This document shows positions 35,527 through 47,070 of a stretch of DNA of 64,000 nucleotides, one piece after another (position 1 is the stretch's first letter; each line of letters starts with the position of its first letter). The stretch spans positions 1,178,001-1,242,000 of the forward strand of contig CDRNST010000056.1 of the NCBI GenBank assembly GCA_977016875.1. Direction: 5' to 3'. The translations under genes and the position numbers were made by a program. The notes below the pieces were generated by a model that was not told the DNA's origin, made no database searches, and was given only the letters and a program-made list of their open reading frames with translations. Source of the stretch: Pavona decussata. Its lineage: Eukaryota.

Positions 35527-38500
35527 CAGGGGTGGATCCAGGATTTTACATGAGTGATTTTCCCCAAATTAACTAGGGGGGTTTGGGGGCATGCTCCCCC
35601 AAGAAAATTTGAAATTTAGTGCCCTCAGAATGCAATTTTCCTGCATTCTGAGAGCACTTCAAGCCATTCAGACACATCAACAGCACCTCCTCAGAAAGGC
35701 ATAATTCTGTACAAAAAATCATTTCTGTGTATTTACACAGACATACCAGAATAACATTAAACTAAGCCATAGAGTTAGACTGTATTTGACTAAGTAAAGT
35801 AACTTCTTTTTACATAAATTTGCCTTTCCGTGTCTAAGGAGTCTAGCATGTGAATTAAGATTTAGGGCTACCTTTGAAGATGTTAAGTAGATCTGCTGCC
35901 TGGATTGCTGTCTTGGATGCTTGTGGGAGTGGAAATAACTCTCCAATGGGAATCATCTCAGTAAGCTCATAGTGGGAATGGAGGAAAAAATATTACGATT
36001 AGTGAATATTAAGGAAACATCATTGTTATGAAAATGTAACAGCAAAAACTGAAAAGTTGGAATCATACTTGCCTTTTTCAGACTTATAGATCAGTGTATA
36101 AAGTGATGTGGTCCAATGAGCTCAGACTGAGAGAATATGTAAAAGCCATTTAAGCTTATTGAACACCCAGTGTCAGTGGAAACATAACTCTAAAAACTTA
36201 ATTGAAGAATGAGTTTTTGTCCAGATATTAGTACTTAAATTGTACCACAGACACCAGTTATGTATCTGTACTGTTCTCCATCAGTTTAAGGATTACATCA
36301 ATCCTGATGGAACATAACTCACAAGCACTCTAGAAACACTAGTGACTGACTGGTACAAAATTATTCATTTAAAATATTTTCCATTCTCATTCTTCTAGGA
36401 TGTAAATTAGCAAATAAATCTATAATTTGTTCAAGGTCTAATTCCATTTCTCTATGGGCATGCATCAGTGCTAATCCATTCAGTCTATCCTGGACCATTG
36501 TACTTCTCAAATAAGTCTTCAGATTTCGGAGGGTTGAGATGGACCTTTCACAAGATGCTGATGAAATAGGAATGGTTATCAGGATTTGAAGTATAGTATA
36601 GATATTGACATAAGCACCCTTGTCAATTTGTTCCAGGGTGGCATCTATACTGTCAGGGATGTCCTCTCTTCTATCATTTTTCCCCTTCCACATTGTTTCC
36701 CACAACACAAGCTCTGCTGGTAAACCTGCATAATTAGGGATATCATGTCTGTAATGGTTACAAAACTCCCTAACATTATCCTTCCAAATGGGGTTAGTAG
36801 CCAACAAAATAGAAGGAATCACTGAAAATCCTTTGTAGCACACAAAAACATCATCCTCAAATCTACTGTCCAGTTGTGCAAGAGCATGGTTAAGGAAGTC
36901 TGTTGTCAGATTGATCCTGTAATAGTCTTCAGGGGTTGGGGCTGGTGCATTGTTTCTGTGAACTTGCCTCTGAATTATTCTGGGCATGCTTGGCTGTACT
37001 GAAACACGCCTTGCTAGGGTAACAGCTTCTTCATAGAGAGCATGGTGCCTAGTATCAATGTCAGTTTGCATATCTGTTAAGGCTGATTTTAACAGAACAA
37101 TTTCCTCTTTTGCTTTGAGAAGATCCATTGCTTTCTTTTGTAGCCTGACTGTGAGTGGTCTGGTTAAGTCTAAAATGTGTCTGACAATAACAAGAGTAAC
37201 AATAAAGGAAAATGTGATTGCATTAATTAAGGCTTGTGCATCATTTCTACTGTTTTGATTCCAGTTGCCATGGCCAGGAGCATTTCTGTTCATTGAAATG
37301 TCTTCAAGTGTAGCCACAACTGGGTGAAGAAGCTCCACAATTCGGTCCATACCATCAATACGCTCAATCCACCTTGTTCGACACACATTTACCAAAACAA
37401 AGTGGTTGGCAGCAGGCATCAATACTCTAATCTTGCTGATCAAATGCTGTTGTCGTTTCGGGGAATTGTCAAAAAATTCTGAGAGCTTTCTTACAACATC
37501 CATCATGTGTCTAACAAGTGGTAATTGGCATGTGTCAGCAACACACAAGTTAAGCCTATGGTTCATGCAATGAACGTAAATAGCCTTGTCATGTTCAGCC
37601 CTAATAAGTGATGAAGCTCCATTCAAGCGCCCAGACATATTGCCTGCACCATCATAACACTGGCCACGACAGTCATCCATAGATAGTCCTAAATCAGCTA
37701 CAGCACCAATTATTAAATCTTTGATAGCTGCTCCTGTTGTTCCATCCTCACAAAGGTAGAATCCCACAAATTCTTCTCTGACTGTTTTGGTTGAATCAAG
37801 AAATCTGATCACCACTGAAAGATTTTCTTTATTTGATATGTCAGCTGCTTCATCAGACATAATAGAAAAATATTTGCTATCCCTGATTTCCTGTGATAAA
37901 TTATTCACTATGATAGCACCCACAGTTGTAATCATCTCATTTTGAATGGTTTTAGAGATATATGTCGCATTTCTGGGTGCAGTTTCCAAGTGATGTTTTA
38001 GTGTTTGGTCGCCGCTGTCAATTCGAAATTCTAACAGTGCCTGGAAATTACCGGCAAGACTAGCATTTTGTGGATCATCATCTCGTCTACCTCTGAGGGC
38101 TATGTTGTTTTTTCCACAGAAAATTATTGTTTTAAAAAGGGATTTCAGAATTTCACGATTTCTATTGATTTGCTGTTGGAGTAAGTTGTTGATCTGCTGA
38201 TCAATTGGGACCGCTTCTCTTCTCATATTTCTCAGAAAATTCTCCATTGCAATCACTGCAAAATTATGCATCTCACATTTTCCGCTCGCGTGTTTGCTAA
38301 AACGTGAAATGGCGGACGTCCAAAGTGTAAGTGGAGACTTGTACAATTTGTCTAGTTTATTCGTATTTCGCCCACACTGGACTCCAAAACAAACACACGG
38401 TAAACAAAATGCACCATCGAGATATTTAGAGTATGCTAGCCAGGGAAATCTTTTCAGCCAGCTCCACACAAAATGACGGTTAGAATTCGAACATTCCACT

Positions 38501-39227
38501 GACGCTGGGAAATCAAATAGCTCACCTGGTTTCCACACATTCTCTATGAACTTGAGCTTGTCCTGGTCCGAATATGAGCTGATTTCCTTGAAAACCAAGC
38601 CAACATCGTACTGAGAACAGTCCTCCTTTCGACAAACTGGATCGCCTCGAACCATAGCTTTATAATTTAAGTTCCCTTGTCTTCCTTCGTAGCAAGTAAA
38701 CGATGAACTCTAATCGGAGCAAGAACAAACGAAGGACGTTCGGGGAGATGCTTCCCTTTATATACGATTGTCAGTAGTTTCCACGGTAGTTTGTGGCCTG
38801 GATAACCAATCACAACCGAGTTTGAGTAGTTCGCAAGACAATGTGCGTGTTTCTGGCCAATCGAAGAGGGTTTTGAGTGATTTGTGAAAAGATCCATAAA
38901 CCATTCAGTCCCACCCTGTCCCACCCACTGCGTACAAATTTTGTCCGGTTGTACATACGAAATTTTTTCGTGTTGTACTCGGACGTCTCGACAAAAGACG
39001 AAAGCGCGCGAACGGAGACTCGTCTAATTCGCTCGGGTTGCTGTGGAATCGACGGAATAACGAAATATGATGCTTTTTTCTTTGTTTTACTTCATAATAA
39101 ACAATAAAACAAGAAGGATAATTGATTTCTTGAGCTACAAGAAAGAACCTGAGAAATAACAAACGTAGGTTTGGAAAAATTTGAGTGATTTCTGGAAATC
39201 ACTTGAACTACTCTGGATCCACCCCTG
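35527..39227 (-). mobile_element. Autonomous-looking hAT transposon, 3701 bp, 5-bp TSD (hAT5-like)
   Basis: Perfect 15-bp TIR CAGGGGTGGATCCAG / CTGGATCCACCCCTG; TSD GTCAT at 35522-35526 and 39228-39232. Confidence 0.95.
36361..38655 (-). CDS. hAT transposase (P52rIPK/ZMYM1-like: TTF-type zinc finger, DUF4371, hAT C-terminal dimerisation domain), 764 aa
   Basis: WLKRFPWLAYS..AFCLPC, FSIMSDEAAD, GQCYDGAGNM, YVHCMNHRLNL, TRW, PISSASCERSIS; catalytic D, D and E present; uninterrupted. Confidence 0.93.
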   Translation of the reverse strand: MVRGDPVCRKEDCSQYDVGLVFKEISSYSDQDKLKFIENVWKPGELFDFPASVECSNSNRHFVWSWLKRFPWLAYSKYLDGAFCLPCVCFGVQCGRNTNKLDKLYKSPLTLWTSAISRFSKHASGKCEMHNFAVIAMENFLRNMRREAVPIDQQINNLLQQQINRNREILKSLFKTIIFCGKNNIALRGRRDDDPQNASLAGNFQALLEFRIDSGDQTLKHHLETAPRNATYISKTIQNEMITTVGAIIVNNLSQEIRDSKYFSIMSDEAADISNKENLSVVIRFLDSTKTVREEFVGFYLCEDGTTGAAIKDLIIGAVADLGLSMDDCRGQCYDGAGNMSGRLNGASSLIRAEHDKAIYVHCMNHRLNLCVADTCQLPLVRHMMDVVRKLSEFFDNSPKRQQHLISKIRVLMPAANHFVLVNVCRTRWIERIDGMDRIVELLHPVVATLEDISMNRNAPGHGNWNQNSRNDAQALINAITFSFIVTLVIVRHILDLTRPLTVRLQKKAMDLLKAKEEIVLLKSALTDMQTDIDTRHHALYEEAVTLARRVSVQPSMPRIIQRQVHRNNAPAPTPEDYYRINLTTDFLNHALAQLDSRFEDDVFVCYKGFSVIPSILLATNPIWKDNVREFCNHYRHDIPNYAGLPAELVLWETMWKGKNDRREDIPDSIDATLEQIDKGAYVNIYTILQILITIPISSASCERSISTLRNLKTYLRSTMVQDRLNGLALMHAHREMELDLEQIIDLFANLHPRRMRMENILNE

Positions 39228-41099
39228 GTCATGGCCTTGACGATTTCTGATTTCCACTGTTACGCAGTCACGCTCTTCGTAGCATTGTTCTCCTTGAACG
39301 TTTCTTGTTGTCACAACAATTTGTGCTTCAAGTCCGACAGTCACTTCGCTGATTCCTTTTTGACTGGCACACGATTGATCCGCTTTGGTTTGGCTAAGAC
39401 AAGTTCTGAAAGTTCCGATTCCTTCAGAGTATGTTTTTTGCATCAATGCTCCGTTTTCGATGAAACTTAAGTGACGAAGGCCTTGAATGTCACTATCGAG
39501 TTGCTCTTCGGCTTCATCAACGATTCCTTCCGGAAAAATTATGTCTGAACGTAAAATATCAATGTTCGTGCTTCGTTTCAACAAGGTTTTCTTTTTTTCG
39601 ATACCTTCCTCAATCGCTTTGGCTTGATCTTCTTCTTCGCGCTGTTTAATTTCCAGACGCTCCAATAATTCATTCCCTTTGTTTTCTAACGCAAGAATTA
39701 TCTCCTTTTTGTTCGTTTCAATGGCTGCGATCATTTTGTTTGCAAACTGTTGTGCATTTTTTTTCTCACTATCTAGTTGTGCTTTAATGCTGACACAGTC
39801 ATCTTGTAGCTTAATGATTTTGTTTATCTTCTGAAGCAATATCTGTTCCTCAATTTCGATCGCAGACTCAACTTGCACTCTCCTTTCTTTCGCTTCCTCG
39901 TCCACAACTATCTTTGGGTGAGCTTCGTGAAGTGTTGCACTACATGAATAGCAAATGGCAACTTCGCAGCTCATACAAAAGAACTCTAATTCTTTCTTCT
40001 CGTGGCCTACCCTTCCACAAAACGTCGGCCGCTTTAAAATGTTCTCAAAGTCTCGATCTTGAAAGTCTTTCAAAGCCAGTGCGTGGTGTTCTTTATTGGC
40101 TTTCATGCCATTATGCAGACTGACGCAGTCATCGCACCAGAAGGAGCAACACTGGAAGCAGTAAGAGCATTGCTCGCTTCTTTTGTCGCAATTTCCGCAC
40201 TTGACGCCGCTTGTATCGCACTCTTTGATGGCCAACACATCCAACAAACTGTTTATGCGGAAGTTTGTGGGCAGAGAGTTAAGATCACCGTCTCCAGGGA
40301 TCCTGAAGTTCTGCCTACACTCTGGACATGGAATGGTTTCTCGAATTCCGCTCGTTCGTTGAATGCCCTCCAGGCAATGAAGACAAAAGCTGTGCAAACA
40401 TGGCAGCTGTTTGGGATGTGTGAACTTGCTCATACACACTGAACAGGATACTTCTTCATGAAGATTGTGCAACAAGGTTTGAATATCCATTATTTAGTAA
40501 TACAAAAGAAAAAGTCTTCAGTTGGAGTTGAACTGAAGTATTAAACAATGATGCTTTGTAATCTTAGCCCCGGGTATGCTGAATATATCTACCAATCACA
40601 AAGCGCTCGTTTTGAGATGTTTTGACTTGTGGCAAGTAGTGTGAAATTAAAGTACTGTATTGGAGATTTCTAAGAATTGTTTAGGGTAGTTTGACCTCCG
40701 GATGCATAGAGGGCTCAAAATTAATGGGTTAATGAAATGCTTCTGGAATAATACTTGACGTAGATCGTGACAAGTATGTTTTGATGCTTACTTAGGAATT
40801 TGGACCATAATGGAGAGAGTTGGCTTGAGTAATCTAAAATTTGACGAGCCCTAATTTGATGTAAGAAATTATATATTGCTCATGTTAGTGACAGTTGCGA
40901 AGCCTTGAAACAAATCTTGTTATCGGTATTAACGGTGATTGTCCACTGAATCAGTACATCTTTGACCTAGGATGTCCAGCATATCTAGGAATAATTGATC
41001 TCCAAAAAAAAATTCCAGTTATCATGAAGTTTGAAAATAGCTTAACGTGTATCATTTAAGTCCCTCCGGTTTTGACAACAGCCGATGCTTTCTTATGTT

Positions 41100-41320
41100 T
41101 TATCCTAGAACAGGAGCTCCTGCCTAGAACGTATGCTAGCGGACAAACTTTATCAATTACGTACCGCATACAACACTGTAATATACACAAATAGAACAAG
41201 AGAACCACACGCAAATGGACTGTTTGATATGGAAACAGAGAGACAAAAGAACAGCTTTATTCCACGAGCTTTTGTTATTATTCCCCAGTTGCATTCTTCA
41301 TTTTACATTTTTCTTGAATA

Positions 41321-41365
<45 letters not shown>
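41100..41365 (+). mobile_element. LINE 3' fragment ending in (ATT)n
   Basis: Relic peptide ETERQKNSFIPRA followed by an (ATT)n tail at ~41324-41364. Confidence 0.5.
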
Positions 41366-43466
41366 CAGTAAAACCACTGTACATTTTTTACGTAAGAATG
41401 GTTTTCATTAAAGCTTTATAAGAAAATTGCTCATCGTAATTCTGAATTCTGGTGTAAATTATTTATTTCGATACCGACATCGGCTGCCTGATGCCCAATC
41501 GATAATCCTATTATAATGGTATCGATTGTCATCGAACATCATTTCGAAGCAACAGAGCTGTATAAATGGTATCGATTTTTATTGTCATTTATTACCAATT
41601 CCTTGTTTCAGTCTTCATACCTAGTGACCTCTTTCTATTGAACTTACCTCAAAGCTCATTTGTTCCCAGTGCAAAAAGGCTGAATCTTAGTTCCTTCCTT
41701 TAAGGAACCTCAAATAAGTTTGGAAAAGTACAGTTAGTCAATAGAGCTTGCTTGACTAAGCTGCATACTACGTCCCTTATCAAACCTAAGAAGCTAGACT
41801 TCTGAGACTTGTTTTAAGTCGACTCCTGAAGCCAAGTCAAGTAAACTGAGTGATGGCCTGGGACAAAACTAAAACACGAGCAAGTTACGACAAAAATGGA
41901 TTTGAGAAGGAAGCCGCGGAAAAGGCGCATTAGGAACCACTGTTGGGGTGCAATAACTCGGACATTACTGATAACATGCTTGTTACTTCCCGGATTACGC
42001 GCCGTGATTGGTTTTCGTAGTTTCGGTAATCGTACGTACACTGACTCTTTGCAAGCTGTAGGCCATGGCCGCTAGGTGAGAGCAGGGATTTATCTACGGT
42101 TATTTCTGTTTCGTCCGTTGATATTTTACTAGTTTTCGCCGAGCGAAATTACCAAGAAAAGTGAGAGGACAGTTTTATGAGGACGACCACCTGATTTCTT
42201 GACTCTATGTTGTTACACGACGTTATAAGTAACTGTGTATTGCTTGGTAAAATCTCTTGCAGGACTGACAAAATATATTTTTGCCGCCGAATTCGCAGTA
42301 AATTCCAGTCTTTTGCTGACAAAACAGCCGAGGTGTCTACCGGGAAATATTCAAAATTGCCGAATTTTTTACCATTCGATGGTGAAAGCGTAGGAAAGAT
42401 GATTGCTCGCTTTCTTTAAGTTTGCTAATTTATTGACTGAACAGATTAAGGGTCACATTCCTCTAATCACTTGTGATTAGGGTACAATCTTATCAATCCT
42501 CTTTGGTGGTCGGTCACGTACCAAGAAATGAATGCCTAGGTAGTCGCCCCCTTAATGGATGTTCAACAGCATTTGTGGATATTCAAACGCTGTGTCCCTG
42601 TTACTAATAAAAGATATTATTAAAAACTGGATCATTATATAATGCTATTCCAGGGATTTGATTGGCTTAGTGGCCATGGTATATGAGCCATTATATCATT
42701 ATACCATGTCCAAGAAATAGCGACCATTAAATTCTTACAAAGCGAAAAGCAACATTTCTTTGTTTTTAATAAATCGCGCGAATCGGATATGACATGATTA
42801 ACAGGGAACCTACATCAAGAAATCGATATTCAGTAGGGTCCCATAAAAGTATACACCTGAATAACAAAATAATCACGGTTTATTTACATTCATTTACAAA
42901 AAATGTTTTTAGCGGCAAAACAGATGAACTTAGAATAAATTGATATTGTTAATTATGTAGTGTAAACGATATTAGGTCATTCTGGCCTACAGATGTTTCC
43001 AGTAACGTAATTGAGCTACAATACCAAAGTGACACGTAACTTAGAATTCCTAGAAAGGATCAAAACTGTTTCAATTTTTCAAAACCCAACTTGACATAAA
43101 TTTACAAACACTCTTTTTTTCATGAGAATTTATTTTATAAGAATATCGAGACTGATCGATACAGATCAGGACACCAAACACTTGTAATTGATACCCCAAT
43201 ACATTATAAAACGAAAATGTCATACGCTATAAACTTTCACGAGAATATTTTCAGCCTAACATCGGCAGAAAAATAAGAATAGTCAGCCTGGACCGAAAAA
43301 ACAATATTCTTATAAAAAAAAAAAGAGTGTCATAAGCTCCAAAATATAAAGCAATTGTTTTAATTCGTTAGTTGATGATAATTAGATGCAGTCAATTATA
43401 CTTCAATACACACACATATTACCTATATTATATCTCAGATAACTCTGAAGAAAATATCACTGGCAT

Positions 43467-45698
43467 CTACTCAAATATTTGGATGCGATGGTTGTTATAA
43501 TCAGTGACCACTATCCTGCCATCACTAAGCACTGCTGAACAGTTTGGCTTACGAAATTCCCCTCTCTTTACTCCTTTTCTTCCATACTTCCCTACAAACG
43601 TTCCGCTCAGTTCGAACACCTGCACTCTGTCATTACCATCATCACAGACCATGAGGTGGCCTGCCTTGTTTACAGACAGGCAACGAGGTCTATCGAAATG
43701 CCCGCCTCCGTCACCTTGTTTACCAAATGTAAATAGAAAAATCCCCTCTCTATCGAACACTTTGATGCAATCTTCATGACTGTCTGACACCAAAAGATAT
43801 TTATTATGCTGGATGCAATGAAAGGGAAAGGTTAAAGAACCGTCTCCGCCGACTTTACGCACTAATTTTCCGCTGCAAGAAAATACTTTGATCTGTTTGT
43901 TTCTTGGATCAGCAATAATAATGTTATTGTCACTGTCAATGGATAAACCCAGAGGAAGATTTAACTGATGATCAAGAAAACCTTCTCCGCCAAACTGTTT
44001 GAGAAACTCACCCTGCGCACTTAAAATTTGAAGTCGGTGGTTATTACGGTCTACAACTAAAATGTTATCATTCAGGAACGCTATCCCAGTAGGTTCGTTA
44101 AATCTTCCAGGTTGATCACCTTTTTTGCCGAAAGATCTTAAGTGAATTCCTGCACAACTAAAGACCTGAATTCTATGGTTATCTCTATCAGTCACTGCTA
44201 TTTCATCATGTTCATTGACTGCCACACCCCACGGACTGTTGAGCTTTCCAGCAGACGAACCTTTTTGTCCAAAAGATAACACGGGTCTGAACTGTCTGGG
44301 TTTAACTTGAACCTTAAAAGGACTGCCACGAACATGTTCTCCATTTACCTTCACTGATGCCTGGCATGTTCCGGTTTCTTTGGCAAAGTAGCTGATCTTG
44401 TAAGTGCCATCTTTGTTATCTTGGACTTGCGCTTTAGTGGCACAGTCATGGCCTTGACGATTTGTGATTTCCACTGTTACGCAGTCATGCTCTTCGTAGC
44501 ATTGTTCTCCTTGAGCGTTCCTTGTTGTCAAAACAATCTGTGCTTCAAGTCCTACAGTTGCTTTACTGATCTCACTGGCACTCGATTGAACGGCTTCAGT
44601 TCGGCTTAGGAATGTTCTGAAAGTTCCGGTTCCTTCAGAGTTTGTTTTGTGCATTAATGCTCCGTTTTCGACGAAAATAAAGCGACGTAGGCCTTCAATG
44701 TCACTATCAAATTGATTTTCTTCATCACCGACCGCTTCCCCAAAGGACGTGTCTAAATATAAAATATCAGCGTTTGTGCTTCGCTTTAACAAAGTTTTCT
44801 TTTGTGCAACAGCTGTCTCAATTGCTTTTGCTTGATCTTCCACCTCGCGCTGTTTGTTTTCCAGATTCTCAAGTAGTTCGTTGCCTTTCTTTTCTACGGC
44901 GAGAAAGATCTCCTGTTTGTTTGCTTCAATCGCTGCAATCATTTTATCTGCAAACTTCTGGGCACTTTCCTTCACATTCTCGATCCGTGCTTTAACATTG
45001 ACGTAGTCACCTTGAAGCTTGACGACTTTGTTTCTCTTCTGGAAAATTATTTGTTGCTGAAACTCAATCGCAGACTCAACTTGTATTTTCCTTTCATTCG
45101 CTGCCTCGTTCAAAAGTATCTTTGGGTGACCTTCATGAAGTGTTGCAATACAAGAATAGCAAATGGCAACTTCGCAGCTCTTACAAAAGAACTCTAATTC
45201 CTTCTTTTCATGGCCCGGCCTTCCACAAAATACCGGCCGCGTTAGAATGTTTTCAAAGTCTCGATCTTGAAAGTCTTTCAAAGCCAGCGCATGATGTTCT
45301 TTATTCGCTCTGATGCCATTGTGCAGACTGATGCAGTCATCGCACCAGAAATAACAACATTGAAAACAGTAGTAGCTTTCTCCGGTTCTCTTGTCGCAAT
45401 TTCCACACTTGACGCCGCTTGTATTGCACTCTTTGATGGCCAACACATCCAACAAACTGTTGATTCGAAAGTTTGTCGGCAAAGCGTTAAGATCTCCGTC
45501 TCCCGGGATCTTGAAGTTCTGCCTACACTCTGGACATGAAATTGTTTCTCGAATTCCGCTCGTTTGTTGAATCCTTTGCAGACAGTGATGGCAAAAGCTG
45601 TGCAAACATGGCAGCTGCTTTGGATCAGTGAACTTGGTCATACACACAGAACAGGATACTTCCTCATGAAGATTGTGCAACAAGGTTTTAATATCCAT
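43467..45698 (-). CDS. TRIM-NHL paralogue G5 (743 aa from MDIKT)
   Basis: Intact RING-B-B-CC-filamin-NHL x6 ORF. Confidence 0.95.
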   Translation of the reverse strand: MDIKTLLHNLHEEVSCSVCMTKFTDPKQLPCLHSFCHHCLQRIQQTSGIRETISCPECRQNFKIPGDGDLNALPTNFRINSLLDVLAIKECNTSGVKCGNCDKRTGESYYCFQCCYFWCDDCISLHNGIRANKEHHALALKDFQDRDFENILTRPVFCGRPGHEKKELEFFCKSCEVAICYSCIATLHEGHPKILLNEAANERKIQVESAIEFQQQIIFQKRNKVVKLQGDYVNVKARIENVKESAQKFADKMIAAIEANKQEIFLAVEKKGNELLENLENKQREVEDQAKAIETAVAQKKTLLKRSTNADILYLDTSFGEAVGDEENQFDSDIEGLRRFIFVENGALMHKTNSEGTGTFRTFLSRTEAVQSSASEISKATVGLEAQIVLTTRNAQGEQCYEEHDCVTVEITNRQGHDCATKAQVQDNKDGTYKISYFAKETGTCQASVKVNGEHVRGSPFKVQVKPRQFRPVLSFGQKGSSAGKLNSPWGVAVNEHDEIAVTDRDNHRIQVFSCAGIHLRSFGKKGDQPGRFNEPTGIAFLNDNILVVDRNNHRLQILSAQGEFLKQFGGEGFLDHQLNLPLGLSIDSDNNIIIADPRNKQIKVFSCSGKLVRKVGGDGSLTFPFHCIQHNKYLLVSDSHEDCIKVFDREGIFLFTFGKQGDGGGHFDRPRCLSVNKAGHLMVCDDGNDRVQVFELSGTFVGKYGRKGVKRGEFRKPNCSAVLSDGRIVVTDYNNHRIQIFE

Positions 45699-46344
45699 GA
45701 TTGATGTAGAAGAAAAAGCCTTTGGAGTTGAACACACCTTGAAACAACTGAAGTCTAAGTCATGAGAACCGTGACCTTACTCCGAAATGCTGAAAATATC
45801 TGCCAATCAGAAAGCGCTTTTTGAGGTGTTTTGATTTTTGATGACAAGTGTTGCGAAACTACTGTATCCAACATTTCTAAGAATTGTTTGGGATATTTTC
45901 ACCTCGGGAAGTACTGTCATAGAGTGTTCAGATATTTTCAGAACAAACAGCTTGGTGAAATGTTCCTTGTATTATATTGCCAAATGTCTGCGGTACGTAA
46001 ATCATAGCTGGTATTTATGCTAATCAGTTTTGGAATTAGGACCATTTGGACCCGTCATGAGTGTGCTTTTGAACACGAATTGGAACTTGTGAGTCAGCGA
46101 GCCGTTAGCTTGAGGGGTCCTAAATGTGAGATGTTTTTTTTTTTATATGACCTATGGGCAAGCCTATTCATGTCTTGCGAAAGCCCTTGTTATCGGTATA
46201 AATAAATACCACTTATCCAATCACAGAGTAAATATAGTATCGATCTTTGACCTGTGATGTTAGACTTCTACGGATAATTGGTGCTGATAAAACATCCTGG
46301 ATTTCCAAGAATTACGCTAAAAATAGCTTGACGCATATCTTTGT

Positions 46345-47070
46345 CAAGGCAAGAACAGCCCCCAGGAAGAGCCCGTAGCAGAATTCAAATCTACTACTGT
46401 TTTACCCTACAGGGAGTATCGGAGCCTCTTCGCCGCTGCCTAGAACAAACAAGGCATTCGCGCCGCCTTCAAATCTGAAACGACGCTTAGGTCACATTTG
46501 GTGCGACCTAGGGACACTGTCGATCCGGCTAAACAAGATGGCGTGGTTTACAGGATTTCCTGTGAATGCGGTAAAGTCTACATCGGGGAAACAGGGAGAT
46601 CTATGACGGAGCGAATCAAAGGGAACGACAGGGATATACGACTAGCCCGTATCCAGAATTCCGCCGTTTCTGAGCACGCCAACGAGACCGGCCATTATCC
46701 ACTTTGGAACGTGGTAAAGTTTATTGATCGAGACTCTCACTGGTACACCCGTAGGGTCAAGGAAACTATCCATATAACATTTCACTCTAATAACATCAAC
46801 AGGGACAGCGGAATTGAAATTCCCGAAGCGTGGATCCCTACGATCAAGAAACACAACAGGAGAGTGGTAGAACAACGGACCGCTGAGGGAGCAACTTCTC
46901 GCCGAAACAGTGGGGATCGAAGTGCACCAATCACAGCCGACTATCGTAATATAAATGGTGCCGCGTAACCAGTCGACCTCATCGCCTGATGAAGACTAGC
47001 AGTAAGCAGTCGAAACGTCGCGATTTACTGTGATCTCAAAGTGATGTGACTATATCATGAGACAAACGAT
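46345..47070 (+). mobile_element. 5'-truncated Penelope-like retroelement (end of RT linker, GIY-YIG endonuclease, pLTR part)
   Basis: ORF 46498-46968: GVVYRISCECGKVYIGETGRS..SAVSEH..RRVKETIHI..NINRDSG. Confidence 0.88.
46981..47024 (+). ncRNA. Minimal type I hammerhead ribozyme (PLE-associated)
   Basis: ATCGC-CTGATGA-A-GACT-loop-AGTC-GAAA-CG-TC-GCGAT; complete core, stem I ATCGC/GCGAT, stem II GACT/AGTC, loopless palindromic stem III, GUC cleavage triplet. Confidence 0.85.

Larger units (their letters stand above)
34535..40490 (-). pseudogene. TRIM-NHL paralogue G4, disrupted in the filamin domain by a hAT transposon; both halves still open
   Basis: 5' half 40490-39228 (RING to RNRQGHD); 3' half 35526-34535 (..CATKAAK..NHL x6); removing 35527-39232 restores a frame collinear with G3. 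Confidence 0.93.

Noticed and set aside
36361-38655. Host gene THAP12/PRKRIR or ZMYM1
   Set aside because: Bounded by perfect TIRs and a TSD and inserted inside another gene, so it is a transposase and not a domesticated orthologue
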